Assembly (NCBI GenBank): GCA_040752295.1 | Contig: JBFMFE010000322.1 | Span: forward strand, 1,682 to 65,681 | DNA from: a bacterium | GTDB taxonomy: Bacteria; UBP15; UBA6099; JBFMBQ01 | Direction of reading: 5' to 3' | DNA length: 64,000 nt | In this document: positions 9,641-18,701 of the stretch, in pieces | How positions within the stretch are numbered: the stretch's first letter is position 1 | How the letters are laid out: each line of letters opens with the position of its first letter | Translations under genes and position numbers: made by a program | Notes under the pieces: model-generated | The model's input: only the letters and a program-made list of their open reading frames with translations | Database searches by the model: none | What the model was told of the DNA's origin: nothing

Positions 9641-9653
9641 TTCAAGCCCGGAT

Positions 9654-10853
9654 TCAGAGAACGTCGGAGAGCTTCACGCGGTAGAGTCTTCCTTCCGTGA
9701 CGATCCAGAGATTGCCGCTCCCCGCCGTAAAATCCCTGGATTTCATCAGGACGTCCGCCGCCTTTCCGCCTAATCTCTTTATTTCCCCTTTTTCGGGGTC
9801 GAGTACGATTGCCGTCGCGGACGACGCGGCTAAGAAATTCGTTCCCGCCGCAGCCGCCGCGTGAAAATCGCCCCGCAGACTGATGTCCTGTTTCGATGAA
9901 TAAGACTTCCACTTCCCGGTTCGTGTGTCGAGGACGCACACCCCCCCCTTCGTCTTCACCGTTTTCACGGGTATGAGTCCCGATTCGATGTCTTTCTGGA
10001 GCGGCGCCCTCGCTTTCTCGTCCGTCGCGTAGGTGAACCACCTGTTCTCCTTTTCCACGTAAACCTTGATCTCGTCCCTCGAAAGCTCCATTCTGTCGCC
10101 GAGGTATCCGGTCGTACCGCCGCTCGTCGCGATAAGGACGTGGGCGCCGGTCTTTTCGATCGCGTTGATTCTCACCCCGCACCCGTGGTCTCTGGGCAGG
10201 AAATACCGGTACTTCCCGCTCGCGGCGTCTATCTTCAGCAAGCCCGCGCTCACGCCGAGCCAGATGTTCCCGGCGTCCGCGAGCATCGCCGTTACGGGTT
10301 TTGTGTGGTTGTATCCGGTCCGTTTCAGCGTCGTGCGGTCGAACACGGAGACGCCCTCGCGGTCCGGTCCGCCTTCGCCGGTAACGTAAAGCCTTTTTCC
10401 CTCGACGGCGATCTTGTCGCCGCCTATGATGTTGAGGTCGTAGAGTTCTTTCCACTCCCCGGTGCGGGGCGTGAACCGGCACGTTCCTCCCTCGTCTCCG
10501 GTGCGGAACCATACGCCCTCCCCGTCCTCGGCAAGGGAGAGTACGTCGCCCGCGGGGCATCCCTCGAGGCTTGTGTCAGCCTCGAACGTGCGCCACCCGC
10601 CCGCGCCCCGCTCGAGCACGCTGACCGCGTCTCGGTGCCCCGCCCACACCGCTCCGGCGCCGGCGTATATCGCCGTCACCGGCTTCGGTATCCCCGCCGC
10701 GGGCAGTCTGACGTGTTCCACAACCGGTTCGGCTGCCCCGGGAGGCGCAGCCGCGGGAGAACCGGGTGAAGGCAGGGAGGCGGCGGCGACGGCGGCGAAC
10801 AGGAGTATGAGAGGGAGTCTTGCTCTCATCGGACCCATCGGGGATGCGCTCAT
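9654..10853 (-). CDS. secreted beta-propeller-like repeat protein (hypothetical)
   Basis: Signal peptide MRARLPLILLFAAVAAASLP. Repeated ~40-aa Gly/Trp-rich units (GVWFRTGDEGG, GNIWLGVSAG, GNLWIVTEG) resemble propeller blades. Possible starts at 10853, 10838 or 10829. Confidence 0.5.
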   Translation of the reverse strand: MSASPMGPMRARLPLILLFAAVAAASLPSPGSPAAAPPGAAEPVVEHVRLPAAGIPKPVTAIYAGAGAVWAGHRDAVSVLERGAGGWRTFEADTSLEGCPAGDVLSLAEDGEGVWFRTGDEGGTCRFTPRTGEWKELYDLNIIGGDKIAVEGKRLYVTGEGGPDREGVSVFDRTTLKRTGYNHTKPVTAMLADAGNIWLGVSAGLLKIDAASGKYRYFLPRDHGCGVRINAIEKTGAHVLIATSGGTTGYLGDRMELSRDEIKVYVEKENRWFTYATDEKARAPLQKDIESGLIPVKTVKTKGGVCVLDTRTGKWKSYSSKQDISLRGDFHAAAAAGTNFLAASSATAIVLDPEKGEIKRLGGKAADVLMKSRDFTAGSGNLWIVTEGRLYRVKLSDVL

Positions 10854-12311
10854 TCAGCTTTCTCCCGGTTCGGGGATGCCCGCCAGCTCGCGGGCGAACC
10901 GCTTTTTTTCCTCGATGTTTCCCCTGCGCAGGATCATAAGTCTCTGCGCCTGCGGCGAGCCGGCGCCGTGCATGGACTCGGTGAGCGTCGTGCCGCCTGT
11001 CATGCACTCGATCAGCCTCCCGATGCGGATACGGTGTTCCGCCGGAAAGCCGTTTTTCGATTTGAAGTACTTGTCAATGAATTTTCCGAGTTTCGGGTGA
11101 TTCATATCCCGCTCGGAGGGCGTCGTCGCGATGAAGCCGCCGGCTACGTCGTGCACGAGCCTCGCCACTTCGTAGACGAAGCGCGTGGTGTTCATTTTCA
11201 CGACGTTGGCGAGCAGCCTGTCCGCGACGTAGGCGCCCGATGGTGTCGGCGCGCCCTCGTACGAGCACGCGAGCGAGCATGAGTGAAGCGTTTCGGCGAG
11301 GTGGATCATCTCCGTGACCTTGTCGCGCACGTGGGATGCCCCGTCGGTTCCCTGGTACTCTGCGACGAGCGCGGCGGCGCCGATCATCACGTCGCAGATT
11401 CCCGCCTTGCAGCCGCCGTAGTTCTGGCGGTGGGCGGTCGCGAACCGGTCCACGAACGACCCGGAGAACCGGTGTTCGCCGCAGAGGAAGACCCTTTCCC
11501 ACGGGACGAAGACGTCCTCGAAGAATATCGCCGCCTCGCCGCCCACCGGTCCGTAGGCTGCGTTTCCCAGGTCGAGTGTCCCGTTCTCGGCGCGCCGCGC
11601 GTCGTTCGTCTGCCGCCCGAAGACCATCACCACGCCGGAGGTGTTCGCGGGTATCGAAAAAGAAACGGCGAAGTCCTTTTCCTCCTCCCCCATCCCGGTG
11701 GTGGGCATGACGAGCACGTCGTGCGAGTTCACCGCGCCGGTTATGTGCATCTTGCATCCGCGCACGATGACGCCGTCCGCGCGGCGTCCGGTCACACGGA
11801 CGAACATATCGGGGTCGGTCTGCTTCGAGGGGCGCAGCGAGCGGTCGCCCTTCGCGTCCGTCATCGCGCCGGCTATCATGATGTTCTCTTCCTGCACGTG
11901 TTCGAGATAGTTCCTGAGCCGCTGGTGATACTCGGTCCCGAGTTCGCCGTCTATTTCGTACGTGACGCTGTAGAGCGTGTTCAGTCCGTCGTGCCCGACG
12001 CACCGCTGGAAACAACTGCCGGTCTTCCGCCCCATCGCGCGCATCATCTTCACCTTGGCGACAAGGTCGTCAGTGCTCTGGTGGATATGGGTGAACCTGC
12101 TGATCTTTTTTCCGGTCAGGTGGGATTTTGCGGTCAGCAGGTCTCCGAGTCCGGGGTCCCCGGTGAGATCGTAAAGGAGCGCCGCGCAGTTCACGTGGGG
12201 TCTGGTGAAAGGATTCGTCGTCACGTCGTCCACCTTCTCGCCGAGCACGTAGACCTCGGTTCCGAGCGCTTTGAGGCTCTGCCTGTAATCGTCGCCCGTC
12301 TTTATCTTCAT
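10854..12311 (-). CDS. abfD: 4-hydroxybutyryl-CoA dehydratase / vinylacetyl-CoA delta-isomerase
   Basis: Near full-length collinear match to Clostridium aminobutyricum AbfD. Shared blocks include NCAALLYDL, FTHIHQSTDDL.AKVKM, GRKTGSCFQRCVG.D, AMTD.KGDR.L.PS.Q.DPD, HRQNYGGCK.G, and ESMHGAGSPQAQR.MI.R.GNI..KK. GGAGGG Shine-Dalgarno. Confidence 0.9.
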   Translation of the reverse strand: MKIKTGDDYRQSLKALGTEVYVLGEKVDDVTTNPFTRPHVNCAALLYDLTGDPGLGDLLTAKSHLTGKKISRFTHIHQSTDDLVAKVKMMRAMGRKTGSCFQRCVGHDGLNTLYSVTYEIDGELGTEYHQRLRNYLEHVQEENIMIAGAMTDAKGDRSLRPSKQTDPDMFVRVTGRRADGVIVRGCKMHITGAVNSHDVLVMPTTGMGEEEKDFAVSFSIPANTSGVVMVFGRQTNDARRAENGTLDLGNAAYGPVGGEAAIFFEDVFVPWERVFLCGEHRFSGSFVDRFATAHRQNYGGCKAGICDVMIGAAALVAEYQGTDGASHVRDKVTEMIHLAETLHSCSLACSYEGAPTPSGAYVADRLLANVVKMNTTRFVYEVARLVHDVAGGFIATTPSERDMNHPKLGKFIDKYFKSKNGFPAEHRIRIGRLIECMTGGTTLTESMHGAGSPQAQRLMILRRGNIEEKKRFARELAGIPEPGES

Positions 12312-12449
12312 GCCGCCCTCCCCGTCCGGAAACCTGTACCTGCGTGGTTTCGCCCGTTTTTTCCCCGCATTTCCGTGGGATTGTTCATTATTTAAAGTAT
12401 ATAACCCGGAAACGGGGCGGCAACACCGCAGTTTAACGCTCCGGCAACG

Positions 12450-13706
12450 TCAGCTGTCCGCGGTCAGGGCGTAGTCGGCGTATGGGGTGGGTCCCTTCGG
12501 CGCGTCTTTCCAGTAGTTCTTCCAGCCGGGATGTGTGACGTACCATATCGGCGGAAGCTGCCCGTTGCGCGCGTACCATTTCAACGTCGCGTACATTCCC
12601 GTCTCGGGGTCGGGGTACTTGAACTCGTAGCCGGTTGCTTTCAATTTTGAGTTGTCGAACCGGTTGTCGAAGAACATATAGGGTATTTCGTCCTTTTCCA
12701 CGTTGTACAGCGGGAGCCTCACCCCGTGGGGCATCAGCTTTCCGAATGCGAGGACCATGAGCATCGGCATTTTCAGGAAGGGAGGGCGGACGTGGAGGGC
12801 CCTGGCGACCCTTACCATTGAGTCCTTCGTCGTGCCGGGGCGGTCGTCCGCGACGTTGAACGATTCGCCGTTGATTCCGGACCTGGGCGATCTCATTCGT
12901 TCGGCGAGGTGGAGCGCGGCGCCGACGATGTCGTCCACGTGGACGTAATGGGCTATGTGCTCTCCGGAGCCGGGTATCGGGACCACGGGAAACGCGAAGC
13001 TCCACGACATGGGAACGAATCCCTTCGCCAGCCCGTAAGCGCTCCTCGGTCCGTAGACCGCCGCCGGGCGGAGTGCCGCGACACGAAGCCCCTTTTCAAC
13101 GTAGGAGAGCGCCATCAGTTCCTGTTCCCACTTCGAGCGCGCGTAGTGGTTCATCGGGTTCTTCGGGTGAGTCTCTGCGATAAGCCCTTTCACGCGCGGT
13201 CTGCCGTAGACCATCGCCGTGCTCCACACGATTGTGGCGTCGGGCGGCTCGCCGGCGTCCATCGCCACGTCGAGCAGGTTCTTCGTGCCCATCACGTTCA
13301 CGTTGTACAGGTGCTTCCACGGCGCGCTCAGATTGAACACCGCCGCCGGGTGGAAGAGATACCGCACCCTTTTTTTCTTGAAGAGCGCGCGGAGCGATTC
13401 TTTCTTCGCCAGGTCGGCGGGTATTATTTCGAGTTTTACGCCCCCGAACCTTTTGTGGTTTTCCTCGATGTACTTTTTTCTTTCCCGCACGTACCGGAAA
13501 TCCGAGTTTTCGAGGTCGGTGGCGATCACCGAACAGCCCTTTTCCGTGAGAAGGTCCACGGCTGTCGAGCCGTTGAATCCCGCCGCTCCAGTGACGAGAA
13601 CGGTGCCGTTTTCTTCCCCGCTCCGGGGCGTCCCCGCCCTTTTCGCCGCCTTCTTCCTTCCGGGCGCCGCCGGATGTCGCATCTTGTCTGAGGTTCCTTT
13701 CGCCAT
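12450..13706 (-). CDS. NAD-dependent epimerase/dehydratase family protein (extended SDR)
   Basis: VLVTGAAGFNGSTAV Rossmann motif and YARSKWEQE catalytic YxxxK. The start is placed at MAKGTS (ATG 13706). The six-frame ORF reaches 13859 but that N-extension runs through the divergent promoter region. Confidence 0.7.
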   Translation of the reverse strand: MAKGTSDKMRHPAAPGRKKAAKRAGTPRSGEENGTVLVTGAAGFNGSTAVDLLTEKGCSVIATDLENSDFRYVRERKKYIEENHKRFGGVKLEIIPADLAKKESLRALFKKKRVRYLFHPAAVFNLSAPWKHLYNVNVMGTKNLLDVAMDAGEPPDATIVWSTAMVYGRPRVKGLIAETHPKNPMNHYARSKWEQELMALSYVEKGLRVAALRPAAVYGPRSAYGLAKGFVPMSWSFAFPVVPIPGSGEHIAHYVHVDDIVGAALHLAERMRSPRSGINGESFNVADDRPGTTKDSMVRVARALHVRPPFLKMPMLMVLAFGKLMPHGVRLPLYNVEKDEIPYMFFDNRFDNSKLKATGYEFKYPDPETGMYATLKWYARNGQLPPIWYVTHPGWKNYWKDAPKGPTPYADYALTADS

Positions 13707-13746
13707 ATAACGCCGCCGCTTTCGAACCGGCTCGAGTGAGGGCTGA

Positions 13747-13762
13747 TGCAGTATTATACCAC
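13747..13762 (-). promoter_or_regulatory. extended -10 promoter element (TGGTATAAT on minus strand) for the SDR gene
   Basis: The reverse complement of 13747-13762 reads GTGGTATAATACTGCA, a TGnTATAAT extended -10, about 40 nt upstream of the ATG at 13706. Confidence 0.35.
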
Positions 13763-13793
13763 CGGATCGCGCGTGGAAGCCCGTTCCTGCTCT

Positions 13794-13807
13794 GGTATGA
13801 TATAATG
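13794..13807 (+). promoter_or_regulatory. extended -10 promoter element (TGATATAAT) for the FabK/NMO-like gene
   Basis: TGGTATGATATAAT with a perfect TGnTATAAT at 13798-13806. It is followed by a 40-nt leader with a GGAGGG Shine-Dalgarno before the ATG at 13847. Confidence 0.45.
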
Positions 13808-13846
13808 CGCTCCGGCTCGTAGAACCGGAGGAAACGGAGGGACGCC

Positions 13847-14824
13847 ATGATAAAGACAAGGATAACGGAGATGTTAGGGATAAAATACCCCATTCTTCAG
13901 GGCGGGATGCAGTGGCTCGCCAAAGCGGAACTGGTGTCCGCGGTGGCGAACGCGGGCGGTTTCGGGTTCATAACCGCCGTGTCTTTTGCCTCGGCGAAGG
14001 AATTGAGGAACGAGATCGGAAAGACGCGCGGTATGACGGACAAACCGTTCGGCGTGAACATATCCATGCTGCCCGTGATGATGCCCGGCGATATGACCGA
14101 ACAATACGTTGACGCGGCGTGCGAGGAGGGGATACCCGCCGTGGAGACCGCCGGCAGGAGTCCCGAACCATACGTGGCGAGGCTGAAGCAGGCGGGAGTC
14201 AAGCTGATCCACAAGGTCCCGGCGGTGCGGTTTGCGAAGAAGGCGGAGTCCGTGGGTGCGGACGCGGTGACGATAGTGGGGTTCGAGTGCGGCGGACATC
14301 CGGGGATGGATGACGTGCCGACGTCCATACTTGTGCCGAAAGCGGTTGACGAACTGAACGTTCCGGTCATAGCCGGTGGCGGTTTCTGCGACGGCAGGGG
14401 TCTTGTGGCGGCGCTTGCGTGGGGGGCGGAGGCGATCCTGATGGGGACGCGGTTCATGGCTTCGAGGGAAAGCCCGATGCACGAGAACTTCAAGAGGTGG
14501 ATGGTGGAGGCGAAGGAGACGGACACGATGATCGTGGAGCGTTCGATACGGAACGCGGCGCGCGTGATCGTCAACGACGCGGCGAAAACGGTGGCGAAAA
14601 TGGAAGGCGAGGGCGCCACGCTCGAGGAACTGCTGCCCGTCATCAGCGGCAGGGTGGGGCTTGAAGCCTATCTCGGCGGCGACGTCAACCGCGGAGTCAT
14701 CGCCTGCGGCGAGGTCGTCGGCAGGATAAGCGAAATCAAAACGGTAAAAGAGATCGTCGAGGGGATAGTCGCGGAGGCGGAGCAGGTGATGGAAAGGCTC
14801 GGAGGCGTCATACGCGCGAGGTGA
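13847..14824 (+). CDS. NAD(P)H-dependent flavin oxidoreductase, nitronate monooxygenase / enoyl-ACP reductase II (FabK) family
   Basis: ML.IKYPI.QGGM.W...ELV.AV.NAGG.G.I and ...AGGG..DGRG..AAL.WGA.A..MGTRF are NPD/FabK TIM-barrel signatures. Confidence 0.75.
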   Translation: MIKTRITEMLGIKYPILQGGMQWLAKAELVSAVANAGGFGFITAVSFASAKELRNEIGKTRGMTDKPFGVNISMLPVMMPGDMTEQYVDAACEEGIPAVETAGRSPEPYVARLKQAGVKLIHKVPAVRFAKKAESVGADAVTIVGFECGGHPGMDDVPTSILVPKAVDELNVPVIAGGGFCDGRGLVAALAWGAEAILMGTRFMASRESPMHENFKRWMVEAKETDTMIVERSIRNAARVIVNDAAKTVAKMEGEGATLEELLPVISGRVGLEAYLGGDVNRGVIACGEVVGRISEIKTVKEIVEGIVAEAEQVMERLGGVIRAR

Positions 14825-14859
14825 CCCGGACCGCGGCTGTCTCGACCGGGCGGTTTACC

Positions 14860-15720
14860 ATGGGCTTTGAAGTGAGAAAGACGGCGGTCGTCGGCGCGGG
14901 AGTTATGGGCGGCGAGATCGCGTACGTCCTCTCGGCGGGCGGTTTTCCCGTCATGCTGAAAGACGTGGACGCAGCCCGTCTCGAAGCGGGCGTGGAAAAG
15001 GCGCGCGCGATATATTCCTTCAGGGTGAAGCGCCGCCGCATCGCTCAGGATGAGATGGACAGCCGGATGTCGCTCATCAAGCCCCGTCTCGATTACGAAG
15101 GCTTCGAATCCGCAGACCTCGTGATCGAGGCGGTTCCCGAGGACCTGGAACTGAAGAAGAGGGTTTTTGCCGAACTGGACGGAATATGTCCGCCGCCCGC
15201 CGTCCTCGCCTCCAACACGTCCGCGCTTTCGATAACGGCGCTGGCGTCGGCGGCGGAACACCGTCAGAGGATCGCGGGATTCCACTTCTTCAGCCCCGCC
15301 TCCATGATGCGCCTCGTGGAAGTGATCGGCGGCGAAAGCACATCGGAGGAAACGGTCGGAAGACTGCGCGGCTTCGCCGCCGCCATCGGTAAAACGCCGG
15401 TTCGGGTGCGTGATTCCGCCGGGTTCATAGTCAACCGTCTCCTGTGCGCGGCGATGTTGGAAGCCCTCCGTTGTGAGGAAGAGGGGCTTGCCTCGCGCGC
15501 GGAGATTGACTCGTTCCTCGTGAAACCCGACGCTGGTCTGCCGACCGGGCTGTTCAGGATGGCGGACCAGCTCGGCGTGGACCTCGTGGTTCACGTGATG
15601 GAGACGATTGAGAAGGAGCACGGCGCAAGGTTCCGCCCACCGGAAATCCTGAAGCGTCTCGTGCGGGAAGGGAACCTGGGCGTCAAGACCGGGAAGGGTT
15701 TTTATGAATATGGACGATAG
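14860..15720 (+). CDS. hbd: 3-hydroxybutyryl-CoA dehydrogenase
   Basis: KTAVVGAGVMGGEIA NAD-binding motif, plus NTSALSIT and GFHFFSPASMMRLVEVI blocks of 3HCDH. A GTG at 14821 is an alternative start overlapping the upstream stop. Confidence 0.85.
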   Translation: MGFEVRKTAVVGAGVMGGEIAYVLSAGGFPVMLKDVDAARLEAGVEKARAIYSFRVKRRRIAQDEMDSRMSLIKPRLDYEGFESADLVIEAVPEDLELKKRVFAELDGICPPPAVLASNTSALSITALASAAEHRQRIAGFHFFSPASMMRLVEVIGGESTSEETVGRLRGFAAAIGKTPVRVRDSAGFIVNRLLCAAMLEALRCEEEGLASRAEIDSFLVKPDAGLPTGLFRMADQLGVDLVVHVMETIEKEHGARFRPPEILKRLVREGNLGVKTGKGFYEYGR

Positions 15721-15946
15721 AAGACGGGAGATCGTGGAGCGGATACTGACAGCCGCAGCCGCGGAGGCGAAGCGGCTGGCGGGGGAGGGCGTGGCGTCGG
15801 AGGAAGACGTTGACACCGCAATGCGGCTTGGCGCGCTTTTCAAAAAGCCACCGTTCGAATACATACGGGAAATCGGCGGCGAGGACGCCTTTGCCGAACG
15901 GCTGAAAGGGTACGCCGCAAAATACGGCGGGAGATTCAAAATCTGA
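15704..15946 (+). CDS. stand-alone 3-hydroxyacyl-CoA dehydrogenase C-terminal (3HCDH_C)-like domain protein
   Basis: The 80-aa sequence ...EDVDTAMRLGALFKKPPFEYIREIG... resembles the second C-terminal repeat of FadB-type enzymes. It overlaps the hbd 3' end by 17 nt in the +1 frame. Confidence 0.5.
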   Translation: MNMDDRRREIVERILTAAAAEAKRLAGEGVASEEDVDTAMRLGALFKKPPFEYIREIGGEDAFAERLKGYAAKYGGRFKI

Positions 15947-15996
15947 CCGTCCGCGGGGACGTCCGCGGACGTGGTTCCGAAGGGAGAGGTCGAGCA

Positions 15997-17181
15997 ATGG
16001 AGGACGTGGTAATCGTAAGCGTGGCGAGGACACCGATCGGTTCTTTCGGGGGAGTTTTCAAGGACGTGACGGCGAGCGAGCTTGGAGTCGCCGCGGCGAA
16101 GGAGGCGATAAGGCGCGCCGGGCTGGAAAACGACGCGGGCATCATCGGGGACGTGATCTTCGGCAACTGCCTTATGCGCACCGACGAGATCAACATAGGA
16201 CGGCACATCGGGTTGACGTCCGGCATTCCGTTCACGACCCCCGGCATGACCGTGCAGAGACAGTGCAGTTCGGGGATGCAGGCGATCGTTATCGGGTTCT
16301 ACGAGATAGCGTGCGGCGACGCCGAGGCGGTGCTGGCGGGCGGCGTGGAGTCAATGAGCAGCACGCCGTATTACCTCAAGACCGCCCGGTGGGGCGCGCG
16401 GCTGCGCGATTCCGCCATGACGTGCGGCGTCATGGAGGGGCTGACAGATCCCTACACCGGTCTCATCATGGGGCTGACGGCTGAAAACCTTGCGGAGAAG
16501 TACGGCATCACGCGCGAGGAGCAGGACGAGCTTGCCTTTACGAGCCATCGGCGGGCGTGCGCCGCGATCGAGTCGGGCAGGTTCAGAGACGAAATCGTCC
16601 CGGTCCCGGTCAAGCAGCGCAAGGGCGACCCGAAAATGGTTGACACCGACGAGCACCCGCGCCCCGACACCTCGCTCGAAAAACTCTCCAAACTCCCGCC
16701 GGCGTTCAAAAAGGACGGCACGGTCACCGCCGGCAACTCGTCCGGGATAAACGACGGCGCCGCCGCCGTCGTCCTCATGTCCGCCGGGCGCGCGTCGAGG
16801 ATGGGTGTAAAACCGCTCGCCCGCATCGTCTCGCACGCCGCCGCGGGCTGCGAGCCGGAACTGATGGGGTACGGTCCCGTCCCCGCCACGAAAAAAGCGC
16901 TCGAAAGGGCGAGTCTCTCACTCGACGATATTCAGCTCATCGAGCTTAACGAGGCTTTCGCCGCTCAGTACCTCACGTGCGAGAAACTGCTGGGGCTGGA
17001 CCGTGGGATCACCAACGTCAACGGGAGCGGCATCGCGCTCGGTCACCCGGTCGGGTGCACCGGGGCGCGCATCGTCGTCAGCCTGATTCACGAGATGATG
17101 AAAAGGAATCTCAAGACGGGGCTTGCGACGCTGTGCGTGGGAGGTGGGATGGGGAAGGCGATGGTGATCGAACGGGTCTGA
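15997..17181 (+). CDS. acetyl-CoA C-acetyltransferase (thiolase II)
   Basis: VIVSVARTPIGSFGG, catalytic Cys in QRQCSSGMQA, NVNGSGIALGHPVGCTGARI and CVGGGMGKAMVIE are the canonical thiolase blocks. Confidence 0.9.
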   Translation: MEDVVIVSVARTPIGSFGGVFKDVTASELGVAAAKEAIRRAGLENDAGIIGDVIFGNCLMRTDEINIGRHIGLTSGIPFTTPGMTVQRQCSSGMQAIVIGFYEIACGDAEAVLAGGVESMSSTPYYLKTARWGARLRDSAMTCGVMEGLTDPYTGLIMGLTAENLAEKYGITREEQDELAFTSHRRACAAIESGRFRDEIVPVPVKQRKGDPKMVDTDEHPRPDTSLEKLSKLPPAFKKDGTVTAGNSSGINDGAAAVVLMSAGRASRMGVKPLARIVSHAAAGCEPELMGYGPVPATKKALERASLSLDDIQLIELNEAFAAQYLTCEKLLGLDRGITNVNGSGIALGHPVGCTGARIVVSLIHEMMKRNLKTGLATLCVGGGMGKAMVIERV

Positions 17182-17245
17182 CGACCGAAGCTCCGGGAAC
17201 GGCGGCGCGTGATTCCACGAGACCGTCCCGCGGCGGTGTCGCGGT

Positions 17246-18664
17246 TCAGAAGTTTTTGTTCTTCCGGTTTGGGGAGGCGTCTTTTTCAGGACCGGCCTTA
17301 TTGGATTTTGAGTATTTCCGTGATTCGCCGCCGGGAGCGGAGGCGCCGTACATTTTTTTCCTGATGGATTCGAGCCTCTGGCGGATCGCCGACTCGCTTC
17401 CCATGTCCGTGGGGACGTAGTAGACGGCGCCCTCAAGCCCCGGGGGGAAATATTCCTGTTCGACGAAGTGTCCGGGGAAGTCGTGGGGATAGAGGTAGCT
17501 GTCGGCTGAGGTTTTTTCCTTTGTGAAATCGTAGTTACGCAGGTGCAGCGGCACCGCCTCGAGGGGTTTTTCGAGGACGTCCTTTTTCGCTGATTTCAGC
17601 GCGCGGTAGGCGGCGTTGCTCTTCGGGCACGACGCGAGGAACACGCAGCAGAACGCGAGCGGGATTTCCGCCTCGGGCATGCCGACGTACTCCACGGCCG
17701 CGGAGGCGGCGACCGCCACCGAAATCGCCTGCGGTGAGGCGCACCCGACGTCCTCGGCGGCGAAGATAACCATCCGCCTGGCGATGAACTCGGGCGCCTC
17801 GCCGCCTTCAAGCAGGCGGACCATCCAGTAGAGGGCGGCGTCGGGGTTGCTTCCCCTCATGCTCTTGATGAACGCGGACACCACGTCGTAGCGGTCGGTC
17901 CTGAGGCGGTCGTAGTCCATGGCGCGGTGCGCTGCGACCTCCCGCACGTGCGCGCTCGAGATTCGGTTTCCCCTGCCCGTGAGCATGACGGAGAGTTCGA
18001 GCAGGTTGAGGAGCACTCTCGCGTCGCCGTTGGCGAGAAGGAGGAGTTCTTCCGCGGCATCCGCGCCCAGCGCTCGCGGCGCGTACGCGCCTTCTTTCTC
18101 CAGTTGAGCGAGCGCCCTGTCGAGGAGCTTCTTCTGCGCCGGGTCGCCGAGCCTCTCGAAGTGGAAGAGGGAAATGCGGGACCTGATCGCCGGGTTGAGG
18201 ACGAAATAGGGGTTTTCGGTGGTCGCGCCTATCAGCGTGATCAGACCGCTTTCGAGGTGCGGCAGGAAGGCGTCCTGCTGCGCGCGGTTGAAGCGGTGAA
18301 ACTCGTCCACGAAGAGAATCGTGCGGCGCCCCGATTCGCCGAGCCTGTCGCCTGCTTCTTTCACGACGCGGCGGATATCGCTGAGCTGTGACGTCACGGC
18401 GCTGTACGCCTCGAAGTGCGCGTCGTTGCCTGCGGCGATGAGCCGTGCGAGGCTTGTCTTTCCGGTGCCGGGCGCCCCCCAGAAGACCATCGAGACGAGG
18501 AACCCCTTCTCGATGATGAGCCGCAGGGGTTTGCCTTCGTCGAGAAGGTGTTCCTGCCCCACGAAATCCTCAAGGGTTTTGGGGCGCATCCGCGTTGCGA
18601 GGGGGTTGGCGCGATTCAGTTCCTTCCTCATCGCCTCGTCGAAGATTCCGGGTTCCCTTTTCAC
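17246..18664 (-). CDS. rarA: replication-associated recombination protein A (AAA+ ATPase, MgsA/WRNIP family)
   Basis: RMRPKTLEDFVGQEHLL, Walker A GAPGTGKTSLARLIA and the Walker B/sensor LFVDEFHRFNRAQQD match RarA. The C-terminal MgsA domain is also present. Confidence 0.85.
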   Translation of the reverse strand: MKREPGIFDEAMRKELNRANPLATRMRPKTLEDFVGQEHLLDEGKPLRLIIEKGFLVSMVFWGAPGTGKTSLARLIAAGNDAHFEAYSAVTSQLSDIRRVVKEAGDRLGESGRRTILFVDEFHRFNRAQQDAFLPHLESGLITLIGATTENPYFVLNPAIRSRISLFHFERLGDPAQKKLLDRALAQLEKEGAYAPRALGADAAEELLLLANGDARVLLNLLELSVMLTGRGNRISSAHVREVAAHRAMDYDRLRTDRYDVVSAFIKSMRGSNPDAALYWMVRLLEGGEAPEFIARRMVIFAAEDVGCASPQAISVAVAASAAVEYVGMPEAEIPLAFCCVFLASCPKSNAAYRALKSAKKDVLEKPLEAVPLHLRNYDFTKEKTSADSYLYPHDFPGHFVEQEYFPPGLEGAVYYVPTDMGSESAIRQRLESIRKKMYGASAPGGESRKYSKSNKAGPEKDASPNRKNKNF

Positions 18665-18701
18665 GCGGACGTTCTCCGGTTCCCGTCCGGGCTTGAACGT
18701 T

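Noticed and set aside
13707-13859. N-terminal 51 codons of the SDR ORF (12450..13859)
   Set aside because: The extension is Ser/Arg-rich and would read through both divergent -10 elements. The Rossmann motif follows shortly after the internal ATG at 13706.
14668-16206. 512-aa ORF antisense to hbd and thiolase
   Set aside because: It overlaps genes with unmistakable homology on the other strand. Its composition is Arg/Ala/Pro-rich and it has no motifs.
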